Positions 39,447-51,288 of a stretch of 64,000 nt of DNA are shown in pieces. The stretch is taken from assembly GCA_038245785.1 (NCBI GenBank), contig JBBRSB010000008.1:1-64000 (forward strand). Reading direction: 5' to 3'. Each line of letters begins with the position of its first letter. Within the stretch, counting starts at the first letter, position 1. The notes beneath the pieces are model-generated. The model saw only the letters and a program-made list of their open reading frames with translations. It searched no databases and was not told where the DNA came from. The stretch comes from Gloeobacterales cyanobacterium (GTDB taxonomy: Bacteria; Cyanobacteriota; Cyanobacteriia; Gloeobacterales; PMM-0068). The position numbers were made by a program, and so were the translations under genes.

Positions 39447-40529
39447 CTATTGCCGATAGCGATAGTAGGCAGCACAGGCTCCCTCTGAAGAAACCATCGG
39501 GGCCCCCAAGGGATTCTCCGGTGTGCAGCGGTTACCAAAGGCAGGACATTCATAAGGTTTTTTTATCCCTTGCAACACAAGTCCACTGATACATTCTGAT
39601 TCCTGCTGATTAGGCTCTACCTCGATTTCAAAGCGATGTTCTGCATCGAATTCAGCATATTTTTCACGCAACCCTAACCCACTTGCAGAAATCTCTCCAA
39701 TCCCACGCCACTGACGAGGGACTATTTCAAATACTTCACGCATTAGTTGTTGCGCTGTTTCATTTCCCAGGCGACGGACAGAACGGGCATATTGATTCTC
39801 TACTTGCGCTATTCCTGACTCTAGTTGCTTGATGCACAGATATATTCCTTGCAGAATATCTAAGGGTTCAAAACCTGTAACGACAATAGGAACTTGATAT
39901 TTTTGGACAATCGGTTCGTACTCGCTATATCCCATTACGGCACAGACATGTCCAGCCGCTAAAAATCCTTGAATACAGTTATTAGGGGAAGAAAGAATCG
40001 CTTCTATGGCAGGAGGAACAAGGACATGAGATACCAGCATCGAGAAGTTTTTAAGATCCTGCTGGTGAGCTTGATAAACAGTCATCGCCGTGGCAGGAGC
40101 GGTAGTCTCAAATCCGACGGCAAAGAAGACCACCTGCTTGTCAGGATGAGCTTGGGCAATTTTGAGGGCATCCAGCGGTGAGTACACTATACGAATATCA
40201 CCACCCCTGGCTTTAACAGTAAGCAGGTCTTTCTCTGAACCCGGTACCCGCAACATGTCCCCAAAAGAGCAGAGGATAATTTCCGCTCGTTCAGCAAGAG
40301 CGATCGCCTTATCAATCAATTCAATAGAGGTGACACAGACGGGGCAACCAGGACCATGAATGAGATTGACTTCTTTGGGTAACAACTCATCCAAGCCAAA
40401 TTTCACAATTGAATGCGTCTGTCCGCCACAGACTTCCATGATCTTCCAGGACTGAGTTGTAATCTGGGCGATAGCCTGGGCATATTGTTGCGCTGATTGA
40501 GCATCACGGTATTCATCTACAAATTTCAT
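39447..40529 (-). CDS. hypD: Hydrogenase maturation protein HypD
   Basis: [38 protein letters not shown]. Confidence 0.97.
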   Translation of the reverse strand: MKFVDEYRDAQSAQQYAQAIAQITTQSWKIMEVCGGQTHSIVKFGLDELLPKEVNLIHGPGCPVCVTSIELIDKAIALAERAEIILCSFGDMLRVPGSEKDLLTVKARGGDIRIVYSPLDALKIAQAHPDKQVVFFAVGFETTAPATAMTVYQAHQQDLKNFSMLVSHVLVPPAIEAILSSPNNCIQGFLAAGHVCAVMGYSEYEPIVQKYQVPIVVTGFEPLDILQGIYLCIKQLESGIAQVENQYARSVRRLGNETAQQLMREVFEIVPRQWRGIGEISASGLGLREKYAEFDAEHRFEIEVEPNQQESECISGLVLQGIKKPYECPAFGNRCTPENPLGAPMVSSEGACAAYYRYRQ

Positions 40530-40544
40530 AGCGTTGTCCGTCTA

Positions 40545-41621
40545 TTAGCCCGCAAGATCACCCACATAGATGCCCAAGGCTTGGGCCGTTTGAATAAGAA
40601 AATTATGGGGGTCCACGGGCAGTGGGCTCTGCTCGATTACTTCTTTTAGCGGCACATCCACAACCTGTCCATTTTGCCAAGCGACCATGCGGTCATATTT
40701 CTCTTGAGCAATAAGGTCTACTGCCGCTTTGCCAAAGGTTGCTGCCACCAAACGGTCTAAAGCTGAGGGGATGCCTCCCCTTTGCGTGTGGCCCAAGACA
40801 GTTACCCGGACTTCCGGCTTAGTCTCTAAACCACTCTGCTTAATCTGGTCAGCAATATAGTGTCCAATTCCGTCTAGATGAAGTCTTTCCTTCTCTTTTT
40901 CGAGTAGTATTCCTGGATTTGGTTTCACCCCTTCTGCGACCACAATCATCGCAAATTCCCGTCCCCATTTATCCCTCAGCTCTGCGATGTGACGATACAC
41001 CTGGTCCAGCGAATAAGGGATTTCAGGGATCAAAATGGCATCTGCGCCCCCGGCAATCCCCGCGTGCAGGGCGAGATACCCAGCTTGTCGGCCCATGACC
41101 TCCACAATCATTACCCGGTCATGACTGGCTGCCGTGTAGGTCAAGCGAAAGAGGGAATCGGTAACGGTATTGACAGCGGTATCAAACCCCAGAGAGCGCT
41201 CAGTAAGCGCTACATCATTATCAATTGTCTTCGGTACAGCTACCAGATTCCAGCCCCCTGCTTGAGCAAGCTGGCGAAAAATTTTTAAACTGCCATCGCC
41301 ACCAATCGCAATCAAAGCATCTAGTTCCAAAGCCCGGTAGCCTTCTGTGACCGCTTCATCGAAAGGGTCTCCGCCGCTGACCGTTCCCAGAAAAGTTCCA
41401 CCCATACTGAGCAAGGGGTCTATGCCATGAATATCCATACCGTGCAGCGTCAAGGCAGCGGTTTTGGGAGGACGGGCACGTAGCCCTTGGGTGGCATGGG
41501 AAATACCGATTACATCCCAGTCGTAGGTTAGCTTGGCGTGATAGACCACCGCCCGAATCACGCCATTCAATCCAGGACAATCTCCTCCACTGGTAAGAAT
41601 GCCAATTCGTTTATGTCCCAT
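40545..41621 (-). CDS. pfkA: 6-phosphofructokinase (PfkA family)
   Basis: TSGGDCPGLN, GGDGS, PKTIDND, EVMGR, LGHTQRGG. Phosphoryl donor cannot be determined by eye. Confidence 0.94.
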   Translation of the reverse strand: MGHKRIGILTSGGDCPGLNGVIRAVVYHAKLTYDWDVIGISHATQGLRARPPKTAALTLHGMDIHGIDPLLSMGGTFLGTVSGGDPFDEAVTEGYRALELDALIAIGGDGSLKIFRQLAQAGGWNLVAVPKTIDNDVALTERSLGFDTAVNTVTDSLFRLTYTAASHDRVMIVEVMGRQAGYLALHAGIAGGADAILIPEIPYSLDQVYRHIAELRDKWGREFAMIVVAEGVKPNPGILLEKEKERLHLDGIGHYIADQIKQSGLETKPEVRVTVLGHTQRGGIPSALDRLVAATFGKAAVDLIAQEKYDRMVAWQNGQVVDVPLKEVIEQSPLPVDPHNFLIQTAQALGIYVGDLAG

Positions 41622-41647
41622 CGAATCTCCCCACACAGGTTAGTTAT

Positions 41648-42643
41648 TTAAACAGGTCTGTAGCTCTGGAGCGCACGCGTATACTGGGCCCGCTCGAAGG
41701 CACTCGGGTCTGGGCAATTTTTCTGACTCATACTCCCCTGCAACTGCCGAACGGAGCTATATTCATGCTCCTCCATCCAAGCTTGCATTTCCTCTTCAAT
41801 CACCCGAATCTGACTAATGCCATGCCTGAGAAGCACCGAACAAAGCATGGTGACTTGAGCCCCGGCCATGAGCATCTTCAGGGCATCGGTAGCTTTATGA
41901 ATGCCGCTGGTAGCCGCTAAATCAGTCTGAAGGTGGCCATAGAGAATGGCAATCCAACGCAAAGGTAAACGCATGGAATGGGGCGTACTCAAAAGTACAT
42001 TCGGCTCGACTTCCAGGGTTTCAAGGTTGATATCCGGCTGATAAAAACGATTGAACAGCACCAGAGCATTGGCGCCTGCTGCATCCAGACGCTTAGCCAT
42101 GTGGGCCATATTGCTGAAATATGGACTGAGTTTGACGGCGACAGGAATCGTCACCACCGATTTGACCGCTTTCAGGATATCCAGATAGGTCTGCTCAACT
42201 CCTTCCCCGGTCAATTCCATATCCGTAGGGACATAGTAGATATTCAGTTCCAGGGCATCGGCCCCGGCTTGCTCAATTTGGCGGGCATAGTCTGTCCAAC
42301 CGCCGACGGTCGAACCATTGAGACTGGCGATGATTGGAATGTCTACCGATGCTTTCGCTCTCTGAATATGTTCTAAATACTCTTCCGGTCCAACATGGAA
42401 TAGGGCAGGTTCTGGAAAATAGGTCAGCGATTCCGCAAAACTTTCTGTTCCATAGGTCAAATGATGGTGTAGTTCATAGCGTTCAAGACGCAACTGCTCT
42501 TCAAAGAGCGAATGCATGACCACGGCTGCTGCCCCTGCTGCTTCCATCCGCTTGATATTGTCGATTTCTTCTGAAAGTGGAGAAGCCGAGGGCACAAGGG
42601 GCGTACGCAACGTTAAGCCCATATAGGTCGTTGTTAGATTCAT
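41648..42643 (-). CDS. Dihydroorotate dehydrogenase-like flavoprotein
   Basis: [36 protein letters not shown]-coupled to nifJ. Confidence 0.88.
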   Translation of the reverse strand: MNLTTTYMGLTLRTPLVPSASPLSEEIDNIKRMEAAGAAAVVMHSLFEEQLRLERYELHHHLTYGTESFAESLTYFPEPALFHVGPEEYLEHIQRAKASVDIPIIASLNGSTVGGWTDYARQIEQAGADALELNIYYVPTDMELTGEGVEQTYLDILKAVKSVVTIPVAVKLSPYFSNMAHMAKRLDAAGANALVLFNRFYQPDINLETLEVEPNVLLSTPHSMRLPLRWIAILYGHLQTDLAATSGIHKATDALKMLMAGAQVTMLCSVLLRHGISQIRVIEEEMQAWMEEHEYSSVRQLQGSMSQKNCPDPSAFERAQYTRALQSYRPV

Positions 42644-45600
42644 TCGGGCTGTCCCCCTTCTGTAGGAACTTGAACACCACGGGCCGCTAGATATTCGTAC
42701 AAATGCCAGTGGTCCGCCACATCTTGCTGGGCTTCTTTGAGTAACTGTTTAGCCACGGCTGGACTGCTCTTGGTCAGCATTTTGAAACGGTTTTCTAGGT
42801 ATAGATATTTTTCAAGAGGGATTTTCGGGGAGCGCGAGTCTAGCTGTAAAGGATTTTCTCCTCGCTCGGCTCGGCCCGGATGAAAACGATAGAGCAACCA
42901 TTGACCTGAATTGACGGCGGCTTTCTGGTTTTGCATAGCCGTAGCCATGTTGATGCCGTGAGCAATGCAGTGGGAGTAGGCAATGATCAGCGATGGGCCT
43001 TCATAGGCTTCCGCCTCCAAAAAGACTTTGAGGGTATGTTCATCCCGTGCTCCCATGGCAACACTGGCCACATAGACATTGCCATAGGTCATCGCCATCA
43101 GGCCCAAGTCCTTTTTGGGCGCAGGCTTACCGCCCGCAGCGAATTTAGCAACTGCAGCCCGAGGGGTTGCTTTGGACATTTGCCCACCCGTGTTGGAATA
43201 GACTTCCGTATCGAGGACAAGAACATTGACGTTGCGACCACTGGACAGCACATGGTCTAAACCCCCAAAGCCAATGTCATAGGCCCAGCCATCCCCACCA
43301 ATGATCCAAACACTTTTCTTGACCAGCAGGTCGGCCAGGCTTAGGAGCTGTTTGGCTTCTTCGGAATCTAGGGTTTGTAATCTCTGCTTAAGGACCGCTA
43401 CCCGCTCCCGTTGCTCGTAGATATCTGCTTCATCTTTTTGCTCTGCAGACACAATGGCTTGAACCAGATCATCACCCAACGCCCCAGACAATTTCTTCAG
43501 CAGCTCCACCGCGAATTCTTTCTGCTTATCAATTGACAGACGGAAACCCAGCCCAAATTCGGCATTGTCTTCAAATAAGGAATTGGACCAGGCTGGTCCC
43601 CGTCCTTCCGCATTCTTCGTCCAGGGTGTAGTAGGTAAGCTGCCTCCATAAATAGAAGAACAGCCCGTGGCATTGGCCACCACCATCCGGTCGCCAAACA
43701 GTTGGGAAGCCAGTTTGATATAAGGCGTTTCTCCACAGCCCGCACAGGCCCCAGAAAATTCAAACAGCGGTTCTTGCATCTGCTGCTGGCGAATCAGCGT
43801 TGTATTTAAGTCACGACGGTCCGGGTTGGGCACGCTCAAAAAGAAGTCCCAATTTTCCCGTTCCGGCTCTCGTAGGGGAGCTTGCGCCTGCATATTAATC
43901 GCTTTCAGCGAAGGAATAGATTTATTTTTCGCCGGACAGACATCCACACAAATTCCACAGCCCGTGCAGTCTTCCGCCGCCACTTGAATCGTGAACTTCA
44001 GTCCCTGCCAGTCATGGTCGTGGGCCTCTGCCGATTTAAAGGTTGCAGGTGCTCCCTCTAAGACCCCAGGCTCATAGACCTTACCCCGAATCACACTGTG
44101 GGGGCAGACCATCACGCACTTACCGCACTGGATACAAACATCTGGATCCCAGACCGGAATTTCCTGGGCAATATTGCGTTTTTCCCATTGGGCCGTTCCC
44201 GTGGGAAAGGTTCCATCCACAGGTAAGGCGCTGACAGGCAGGGTATCCCCCTGGCCGGAAATCATTTTGCCTAGAACGTCCCGCACAAATGCAGGGGCAT
44301 GATCGGACACCGGCGCATGTAGAGACGCGAAATTTCGCGTCTCTACGGTGCGTTCCGGGATTTCTACGGCGAATAGACGTTCCAACGTCTGGTCCACCGC
44401 ATTCAAATTCATCTGAACGATTTCATCGCCTTTCTTGCCATAGGTCTTTTGGATGGACTGTTTAATTTCGGAAATCGCTCCGTCTCTAGGCAAAATGCCC
44501 GCAAGGGCAAAGAAACAAACCTGCATCACGGTGTTGATCCGTCCGCCCATCCCACTTTCACGGGCCACTTTATGGGCATCAATTACATAGAATTTCAGAT
44601 GCTTGCTAACCAGCTGCTCTTGCATCGTTTGCGGCAGATGATTCCAGATTTCATCCGGTCCGTAGGCCGTATCTAGTAAAAAAGTCCCTCCTTCTACAAG
44701 GGGTTGCAGCATATCAAAGCGCTCAAGGAAGACAGACTGGTGACAACCTACAAAATTGGCTCGACTCACCAGATAGGTGGAATGAATCGGCTCAGGTCCG
44801 AACCGCAGATGGGAAATCGTGACCGAACCTGATTTCTTGGAATCGTAGACAAAATAGCCCTGGGCATAGTTATTCGTCTGTTCGCCAATAATTTTGATTG
44901 AATTCTTATTAGCGCCTACCGTGCCATCAGAACCAAGACCATAGAACACACAGCGGACTACATGATCCGCTTCCGTCGAAAATTCTGGGTCGTAGGGCAG
45001 GCTGGTATGACTGACATCATCGTTAATGCCAATCGTGAAATGATTCTTAGGATATTCCTGCGCAAGATTATCAAAAACCCCCTTGATCATGGCTGGGGTA
45101 AATTCTTTGGAGGATAGACCATAGCGCCCACCAACGATCCCCCCTTGATCCCCCCTTAGCAAGGGGGGAAAAGTCCTTGAAGCCTTATAGTTCTCTCTCT
45201 CTAGGGGGGTCTCATAAATCGCCATCGCACAGTCTAAATAAAGCGGTTCCCCGATACTGCCAGGCTCTTTGGTGCGGTCAAGAATAGCAATTGCCTTAGT
45301 CGTCTCAGGCAAAGCTGCGACAAACCGCTCTCTGTCAAAAGGTCGATATAGCCGTACTTTGATCAGGCCGACCTTTTTACCCCTTTGGTTGAGAAAGTCC
45401 ACGGTTTCCTGGACGGCTTCACAGCCAGAACCCATGAGCACGATCACCCGTTCTGCATCAGGTGCTCCGTAATATTCAAACAGTCGATAGTGTCGCCCTG
45501 TTAGCTGCCCAAACTGATCCATAGCCCTTTGGGTAATCTCTGGGCAGGCAGCGTAGAAAGGGTTCACCGTTTCCCGCGCCTGGAAGAATACATCTGGATT

Positions 45601-46281
45601 TTGGGATGTGCCCCGCAACACAGGGTGATCTGGGGAGAGAGCCCGGGCACGATGTTCCAGAATCCGCTGCGGATCGATCATCGCCCGCAGGTCATCGTCG
45701 GATAGCCGTTCGATTTTGGCAATCTCATGGGAGGTGCGGAAGCCATCAAAGAAATGCAAGAACGGAATCCGAGACTCCAGCGTGACCACTTGGGCAATCA
45801 GGGCAAAATCTTGAGCTTCCTGCACGGAGGCCGAACAGAGCAGGGCAAAACCTGTCGCACGGGTAGCCATCACATCACTGTGGTCCCCAAAAATAGAAAG
45901 GGCCTGTGTGGCCACTGAACGCGCTGCCACATGAAAGACCGTGGGCGTCAATTCCCCAGCAATCTTGTACATATTGGGAATCATCAACAGCAGTCCCTGC
46001 GATGCTGTGAACGTAGTAGCCAGCGAGCCGGTTTGCAGAGCACCATGCATGACCCCGGCGACACCCCCTTCTGACTGCATCTCTACTACTGAGGGGACGG
46101 TGCCCCAGAGGTTGGGCTTGCCTTCAGCAGCCCAGGCATCCGCCCACTCCCCAATTGGAGTGGATGGAGTAATCGGATAGAGGGCAATTACTTCATTCAA
46201 GCGATAGGTGACAGAGGCCACGGCCTCATCCCCATCCAAAGTCGCAAAAATCCTTTGCTGCAAAATACCTGTGCTCATCAT
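42640..46281 (-). CDS. nifJ: Pyruvate:ferredoxin/flavodoxin oxidoreductase
   Basis: [22 protein letters not shown], two CxxCxxCxxxCP motifs, [20 protein letters not shown]. Confidence 0.97.
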   Translation of the reverse strand: MMSTGILQQRIFATLDGDEAVASVTYRLNEVIALYPITPSTPIGEWADAWAAEGKPNLWGTVPSVVEMQSEGGVAGVMHGALQTGSLATTFTASQGLLLMIPNMYKIAGELTPTVFHVAARSVATQALSIFGDHSDVMATRATGFALLCSASVQEAQDFALIAQVVTLESRIPFLHFFDGFRTSHEIAKIERLSDDDLRAMIDPQRILEHRARALSPDHPVLRGTSQNPDVFFQARETVNPFYAACPEITQRAMDQFGQLTGRHYRLFEYYGAPDAERVIVLMGSGCEAVQETVDFLNQRGKKVGLIKVRLYRPFDRERFVAALPETTKAIAILDRTKEPGSIGEPLYLDCAMAIYETPLERENYKASRTFPPLLRGDQGGIVGGRYGLSSKEFTPAMIKGVFDNLAQEYPKNHFTIGINDDVSHTSLPYDPEFSTEADHVVRCVFYGLGSDGTVGANKNSIKIIGEQTNNYAQGYFVYDSKKSGSVTISHLRFGPEPIHSTYLVSRANFVGCHQSVFLERFDMLQPLVEGGTFLLDTAYGPDEIWNHLPQTMQEQLVSKHLKFYVIDAHKVARESGMGGRINTVMQVCFFALAGILPRDGAISEIKQSIQKTYGKKGDEIVQMNLNAVDQTLERLFAVEIPERTVETRNFASLHAPVSDHAPAFVRDVLGKMISGQGDTLPVSALPVDGTFPTGTAQWEKRNIAQEIPVWDPDVCIQCGKCVMVCPHSVIRGKVYEPGVLEGAPATFKSAEAHDHDWQGLKFTIQVAAEDCTGCGICVDVCPAKNKSIPSLKAINMQAQAPLREPERENWDFFLSVPNPDRRDLNTTLIRQQQMQEPLFEFSGACAGCGETPYIKLASQLFGDRMVVANATGCSSIYGGSLPTTPWTKNAEGRGPAWSNSLFEDNAEFGLGFRLSIDKQKEFAVELLKKLSGALGDDLVQAIVSAEQKDEADIYEQRERVAVLKQRLQTLDSEEAKQLLSLADLLVKKSVWIIGGDGWAYDIGFGGLDHVLSSGRNVNVLVLDTEVYSNTGGQMSKATPRAAVAKFAAGGKPAPKKDLGLMAMTYGNVYVASVAMGARDEHTLKVFLEAEAYEGPSLIIAYSHCIAHGINMATAMQNQKAAVNSGQWLLYRFHPGRAERGENPLQLDSRSPKIPLEKYLYLENRFKMLTKSSPAVAKQLLKEAQQDVADHWHLYEYLAARGVQVPTEGGQPE
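44319..44346. repeat. 28-bp perfect palindromic short dispersed repeat inside nifJ
   Basis: GTAGAGACGCGAAA|TTTCGCGTCTCTAC, translated as VETRNFASL. Confidence 0.85.
45137..45170. repeat. C/G-rich palindromic repeat inside nifJ
   Basis: ATCCCCCCTTG-ATCCCCCCTT-AGC-AAGGGGGGA, translated as [11 protein letters not shown]. Confidence 0.75.
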
Positions 46282-46567
46282 TAAGATGCCTCTTGTCAGA
46301 GCTGCTATTTCGTCTTTTGCGTATCATCGGCACGTTGCTTCACCCTCTATATCTATCTAAATGCTCCTCAGGGTTAACTATTTGGCATATTTCTTAGCGT
46401 TTCTGCTAGCTTAATTTTTGTAAATCAACTCGACTTTTAATTTTGGCTATGGTCAGAATCGAAAAGTAATTGGCCAGAGAGCTAATAGAACCCCCGGCTA
46501 TCGCCGTCCCCCTTACCTTGGGCTAACGTGTACACAGATCTTGGATAAATTTGATGTTGCTGCATTT

Positions 46568-46638
46568 CGCCCCCCTGCCCCCCAATTCTGGGGGTTTCTG
46601 ACCTCAAAGTCCCCCAAAGTTGGGGGATTTAGGGGGCG
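46568..46638. repeat. Cyanobacterial REP-like multi-hairpin element
   Basis: CGCCCCC...CCCCCAATTCTGGGGG...TCCCCCAAAGTTGGGGGA...GGGGGCG in the nifJ-hoxE divergent spacer. Confidence 0.75.
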
Positions 46639-46667
46639 GTTCAGATCATTATTTTTTAGGATGGGAT

Positions 46668-47195
46668 ATGCAGGCTTCTACCATCGACAAAAAACCTATA
46701 GTTAGCCCTGATAAACGCTACAAAATACTCGATGCCACGATTAAGCGCTATCAGTATCAGCAAGATGCCCTGATTGAAGTGCTGCACAAAGCACAGGGAC
46801 TCTTTGGCTGTCTGAATGATGACCTGTTACGCTACGTTGCTCATAGTCTGAAGCTACCGCCTAGCCGCGTTTATGGCGTTGCCACCTTCTATCACCTCTT
46901 CTCTCTTACACCAAAAGGGCTTCATCAGTGCGTGGTCTGTCTGGGTACGGCCTGCTATGTCAAAGGGGCTGCTGCGGTAATGGGAACGCTTGAACAGCAA
47001 ACCCATATCCATGCAGGAGAGACCACTCCTGACGGAAAGCTCTCACTTCTGACGGCCCGTTGCATAGGGGCTTGTAGCTTAGCTCCAGTGGTCGTTATTG
47101 ACGGAGCGGTGTCAGGATATCAAACGCCAGAGTCAGCCCGTGAGCGCCTACAAGAAGTGCTTGAGACTCCAGCTCCCATTCCAGTTTTGGATTAG
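46668..47195 (+). CDS. hoxE: Bidirectional hydrogenase diaphorase subunit HoxE
   Basis: DALIEVLHKAQ, VYGVATFY, CLGTACYVKG, RCIGAC. Start at ATG 46668. Confidence 0.96.
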   Translation: MQASTIDKKPIVSPDKRYKILDATIKRYQYQQDALIEVLHKAQGLFGCLNDDLLRYVAHSLKLPPSRVYGVATFYHLFSLTPKGLHQCVVCLGTACYVKGAAAVMGTLEQQTHIHAGETTPDGKLSLLTARCIGACSLAPVVVIDGAVSGYQTPESARERLQEVLETPAPIPVLD

Positions 47196-47229
47196 GCCCC
47201 TCTAATCATCAGGTTTCAGATTTTTATTG

Positions 47230-47261
47230 CTCACAAGTTCCTCAAATTTCCTGCCTAATCT
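47230..47261 (+). promoter_or_regulatory. Repeated promoter motif, copy 2 (CTCACAAGTTCCTCAA-N10-TAATCT)
   Basis: The hexamer ends about 23 nt before the TPR gene ATG, with an AAGGAG RBS between. Confidence 0.65.
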
Positions 47262-47284
47262 GCAAGGTAAGGAGAGAACCCTCA

Positions 47285-48274
47285 ATGGCACATTTATCCT
47301 TTGTAAACGTTCCCGCTATCTTTCGCTATAGCAGTTCAAGCGTAACTCTAGCGAGTATCTTGAGCATCGTTATGCTGGGAGGAACAGCGTCTATGCCAGC
47401 GTGGTCAGCGCCCATTCCTTCACTCGCGGCTATAAGCTCCGTGACTCAAATGAACGCTGAGGATTTCTATAACCGAGGCATTGATGAGATTAAGACAGGA
47501 AAAGTGAAGGAAGCGATTGATGATTTCTCCCAGGTCCTTCTCATCAATCCTAATCATGCCGCAGCGTTTTTCAATCGGGGTTCAGCCTATTCTCAAAATG
47601 GAGATAAGCAGAAAGCACTGGAAGATTTTAATCAGGCCATCCGCCTCAGTCCCTACTCGACGGCTGCCTATGATGGTCGGGCCTATGTGCGCAAGTCCCT
47701 GAAAGACTTCAAGGGCGCCATAGAAGATTACACCCAGATGCTGCAGATCACACCCTTTGATGCCGGGGTCTACTACAAAAGGGGGCTAGTCCACTACAGA
47801 CTAGGAGATCAGCAGAGTGCTCTGGAGAATTTTAAGGAAGCTATCCGTATCCAGCCAAGCTTCATTCAGCAAATTACGGGACATCTAGTCACCGTCGCTA
47901 TTATTCGCACCTCTGAGTTGGGAGATTACGAGGGCGCACTTGAGGACTTCTCCTTTCTCATTCATTTCAATCCCTCTGATGCCCAAGCCTATAGCGGTCG
48001 GGCCATCATACGCGCGGGACTAGGGGATAAGAAAGGGGCTGTGGAAGATTACACTCAAGCCATTCGTTTCAACCCGCTTGGCACAAATGCCTATTTAAAA
48101 CGGGGCCAGATTCTTTCTGAACTAGGAAATAAGCGAGGAGCCTTGAAAGATTTACGCAACGCCGAACGTCTTTTTGTCATAGCCTCCTCTGCAGAAACGG
48201 ATCCTCCCCTTCGAGATTTCTATCAAGAGATGCTGAAAGAAACTCGGAGCCTGCTTAGAAAACTTCAACGCTAG
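47285..48274 (+). CDS. Secreted TPR-repeat protein
   Basis: Signal-like N-terminus; repeated AxxNRG...G....A..D..QAI...P units. Confidence 0.9.
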   Translation: MAHLSFVNVPAIFRYSSSSVTLASILSIVMLGGTASMPAWSAPIPSLAAISSVTQMNAEDFYNRGIDEIKTGKVKEAIDDFSQVLLINPNHAAAFFNRGSAYSQNGDKQKALEDFNQAIRLSPYSTAAYDGRAYVRKSLKDFKGAIEDYTQMLQITPFDAGVYYKRGLVHYRLGDQQSALENFKEAIRIQPSFIQQITGHLVTVAIIRTSELGDYEGALEDFSFLIHFNPSDAQAYSGRAIIRAGLGDKKGAVEDYTQAIRFNPLGTNAYLKRGQILSELGNKRGALKDLRNAERLFVIASSAETDPPLRDFYQEMLKETRSLLRKLQR

Positions 48275-48283
48275 GTTGTCAAC

Positions 48284-49930
48284 ATGGATCTTGCTGAACT
48301 TTTGAACATTGCAGAACAAGAACGTCAGGCTGAAAAGAGCATCCATATTCGTTGTTGTATGGCGGCAGGTTGTCTGTCTTCTAATTCCTTAGCGGTCAAA
48401 CAGCGCCTTGAACAAGCGGTTACAGAAGCTGGTTTAGACAGTAGCGTGCAGGTCACTGGAGTCGGCTGTATGCGTCTATGCTGTCAGGGTCCTCTGGTTC
48501 AAGTTGATGGAGCAGGGGAGCGTGTAGCGACGGAGGACCTTACCCCTCTACAGTGCGAACTGATGACCCAACTCTACGAGAAGGTCACCCCCACCGACGC
48601 CCCTTCGATTGTGGCGGCATTGGAGGGAGGTACGGCCACCGCCCAACAGGGCGACCTTACACACCCATTTTTTACCCGTCAGCTGCCGATTGTGCTGGAA
48701 AATAGCGGCAAGATTGACCCTGAGCGCATCGAATCCTATATAGCCGCCAACGGCTATCAGGCGCTCCAGCGTGTTTTACAAGAAATGACGCCCTCAGAAG
48801 TGGTGAATAGCATTACTCGTAGTGGTCTGCGGGGACGGGGTGGAGCTGGTTATCCGACGGGGCTGAAATGGGCAACCGTAGCCAAGGCGACTAACCCACA
48901 AAAGTATGTCATCTGCAATGCCGATGAGGGCGATCCTGGGGCCTTTATGGACCGCAGCGTTTTAGAGAGTGACCCCCATCGGGTGCTGGAAGGGATGGCG
49001 ATTGCGGCCTATGCCGTGGGCGCGAACCAGGGTTACATTTACGTCCGCGCTGAATATCCTCTGGCCATTAGTCGCTTAGAAACCGCTATCCGGCAGGCCA
49101 AGCAACAGGGGCTTCTGGGCAGTCAAATCTTTGAATCCCCCTTTGACTTTCGAATTGACCTGAGGATGGGGGCAGGTGCTTTTGTCTGCGGAGAAGAAAC
49201 AGCGTTGATGGCTTCTATTGAGGGGAAGCGCGGTTTACCGAGTCCTCGCCCACCCTATCCAGCAGAATCAGGGCTCTGGGGATGTCCAACCCTAATTAAT
49301 AACGTCGAGACCTATGCCAATGTGCCCACGATTCTGCGCAAGGGAGCGGACTGGTTTGCCAGTATCGGGACGGAGAAAAGTAAAGGGACCAAGGTCTTCT
49401 CGCTGACGGGCAAAGTGCGCAATACAGGTCTGGTCGAAGTGCCCATGGGCACAACCCTGCGTCAGATTGTGGAAGAAATGGGAGGCGGGGCCCCGGATGG
49501 CAATGCTGTCAAAGCGGTGCAGACAGGCGGTCCTTCTGGCGGCTGTATCCCCACGGATGCCCTGGATACGCCCGTTGACTACGACTCTCTGCTCCAACTG
49601 GGCTCGATTATGGGTTCCGGTGGCATGATTGTCATGGACCAGAGCAACAACATGGTAGAAGTCGCCCGCTTCTTTATGGAATTCTGCATGGATGAATCTT
49701 GCGGTAAATGCATTCCCTGCCGTGCGGGTACCGTGCTGATGTATCGACTTTTAACCAAAATCCATGAGGGTAAGGCATCTCATGCAGACCTGGAACAGTT
49801 GGAATCGCTCTGCCCGATGGTGAAAGAAACCAGTCTCTGTGGGTTAGGCCAATCTGCCCCAAACCCGGTGCTGAGCACCCTGCGCTATTTCCGGGATGAA
49901 TATCTAGCCTTGATTCAAGACCACCGCTAA
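48284..49930 (+). CDS. hoxF: Bidirectional hydrogenase diaphorase subunit HoxF
   Basis: [44 protein letters not shown]. Confidence 0.96.
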   Translation: MDLAELLNIAEQERQAEKSIHIRCCMAAGCLSSNSLAVKQRLEQAVTEAGLDSSVQVTGVGCMRLCCQGPLVQVDGAGERVATEDLTPLQCELMTQLYEKVTPTDAPSIVAALEGGTATAQQGDLTHPFFTRQLPIVLENSGKIDPERIESYIAANGYQALQRVLQEMTPSEVVNSITRSGLRGRGGAGYPTGLKWATVAKATNPQKYVICNADEGDPGAFMDRSVLESDPHRVLEGMAIAAYAVGANQGYIYVRAEYPLAISRLETAIRQAKQQGLLGSQIFESPFDFRIDLRMGAGAFVCGEETALMASIEGKRGLPSPRPPYPAESGLWGCPTLINNVETYANVPTILRKGADWFASIGTEKSKGTKVFSLTGKVRNTGLVEVPMGTTLRQIVEEMGGGAPDGNAVKAVQTGGPSGGCIPTDALDTPVDYDSLLQLGSIMGSGGMIVMDQSNNMVEVARFFMEFCMDESCGKCIPCRAGTVLMYRLLTKIHEGKASHADLEQLESLCPMVKETSLCGLGQSAPNPVLSTLRYFRDEYLALIQDHR

Positions 49931-50002
49931 TTCTATGGAGAAAAATCACTATTCCCCTTGCTCAACTGCTCAACAGACGGTCTACCTTGTCTATAGGAAA
50001 CA

Positions 50003-50722
50003 ATGATGGCAGTTAAAACCTTAACCATAGATGACCAAATGGTCAGTGCCCGTGAGGATGAGACCCTTCTAGAAGCGGCACGGGAGGCGGGGATTGATAT
50101 TCCTACTCTCTGCTATCTCGATGGAGTGTCTGCAGTAGGGGCCTGTCGGCTCTGTTTGGTGGAAGTAGCAGGCAGCAGCAGACTCCAGGCAGCCTGTGTC
50201 ACCAAGGTCGCTGAAGGGATGGAAATTCGCACAAATACGGAACGACTACAGCAGTATCGCCGCATGATTGTCGAAATGCTCTTTGCAGAAGGCAATCACA
50301 TCTGCTCCGTCTGTGTTTCTAACGGTCATTGTGAATTACAGGATATGGCTGTCACCGTCGGGATGGACCATGTGGATTTTGAATACTTCAATCCAAGCCG
50401 TCCGATGGACCTTTCCCATGAACACTTTGGCATGGACCACAATCGCTGTATCCTTTGCACACGCTGCATTCGTGTCTGTGATGAACTCGAAGGAGTCCAT
50501 ACCTGGGATATGGCCGGTCGAGGCACCCACGCTCATGTGATTACAGACCTGAATCAGCCCTGGGGAACCTCTCCAACCTGTACTTCCTGCGGCAAATGTG
50601 TAGAAGCCTGTCCCACAGGGTCCATTTTCCACCAGGGATCTAGTGTGGGAGAAATGGTCCATAACCGTTCCCGCATCGAATTTATTGCCACGGCAAAGAA
50701 GAAAAAACAATGGCTCGTCTAA
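50003..50722 (+). CDS. hoxU: Bidirectional hydrogenase subunit HoxU
   Basis: [37 protein letters not shown]. Confidence 0.96.
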   Translation: MMAVKTLTIDDQMVSAREDETLLEAAREAGIDIPTLCYLDGVSAVGACRLCLVEVAGSSRLQAACVTKVAEGMEIRTNTERLQQYRRMIVEMLFAEGNHICSVCVSNGHCELQDMAVTVGMDHVDFEYFNPSRPMDLSHEHFGMDHNRCILCTRCIRVCDELEGVHTWDMAGRGTHAHVITDLNQPWGTSPTCTSCGKCVEACPTGSIFHQGSSVGEMVHNRSRIEFIATAKKKKQWLV

Positions 50723-51252
50723 AACTAGCAACGGTATGGCTGGGAGGCTGTTCTGGCTGTCATATGTCCTTTCTGGATCTAGACGAATGGCTCTTTGATT
50801 TAGCGGCCCAAGTGGACCTGGTCTTTAGCCCTTTTGCCGATGTGAAAGAATATCCAGAAAATGTGGATGTGGTTTTAGTCGAAGGTGCCGTTGCCAATGA
50901 AGACAATCTTCACCTGATCCAAACCGTCCGCAAGCGCTCGAAAATCTTGGTTTCCTTCGGCGACTGTGCTGTAACTGGCAATGTCACCGCTTTGCGCAAT
51001 CCCTTAGGCAGTGCGGAACCTGTACTTCAACGCTGTTATGTCGAGGCAGCAGCGCTCCAAGCCCAGATTCCAAATGAGCCTGGCATTGTACCGGTCTTAT
51101 TAGACCGGGTAATCCCTGTGCATCAAGTTATCCCCGTGGACTTTTACCTGCCGGGTTGTCCACCGCCAGCTTCCCGGATTCGAGCGGTCTTAGAGTCCTT
51201 ACTAAAAGGGGAAAAACCTCATTTAGAAGGACAGGATATTAGGTTTGGATAG
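50710..51252 (+). CDS. hoxY: NiFe hydrogenase small subunit HoxY
   Basis: [18 protein letters not shown]. Confidence 0.96.
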   Translation: MARLKLATVWLGGCSGCHMSFLDLDEWLFDLAAQVDLVFSPFADVKEYPENVDVVLVEGAVANEDNLHLIQTVRKRSKILVSFGDCAVTGNVTALRNPLGSAEPVLQRCYVEAAALQAQIPNEPGIVPVLLDRVIPVHQVIPVDFYLPGCPPPASRIRAVLESLLKGEKPHLEGQDIRFG

Positions 51253-51288
51253 CCCATAGCAAACCTGCAACCCAACAAGGAGACACTT

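Noticed and set aside
1944..46281. Inferring heterocysts or nitrogen fixation from het, dev, hgl and nifJ names
   Set aside because: No nifHDK or hetR in the window; these families also occur in non-diazotrophs.
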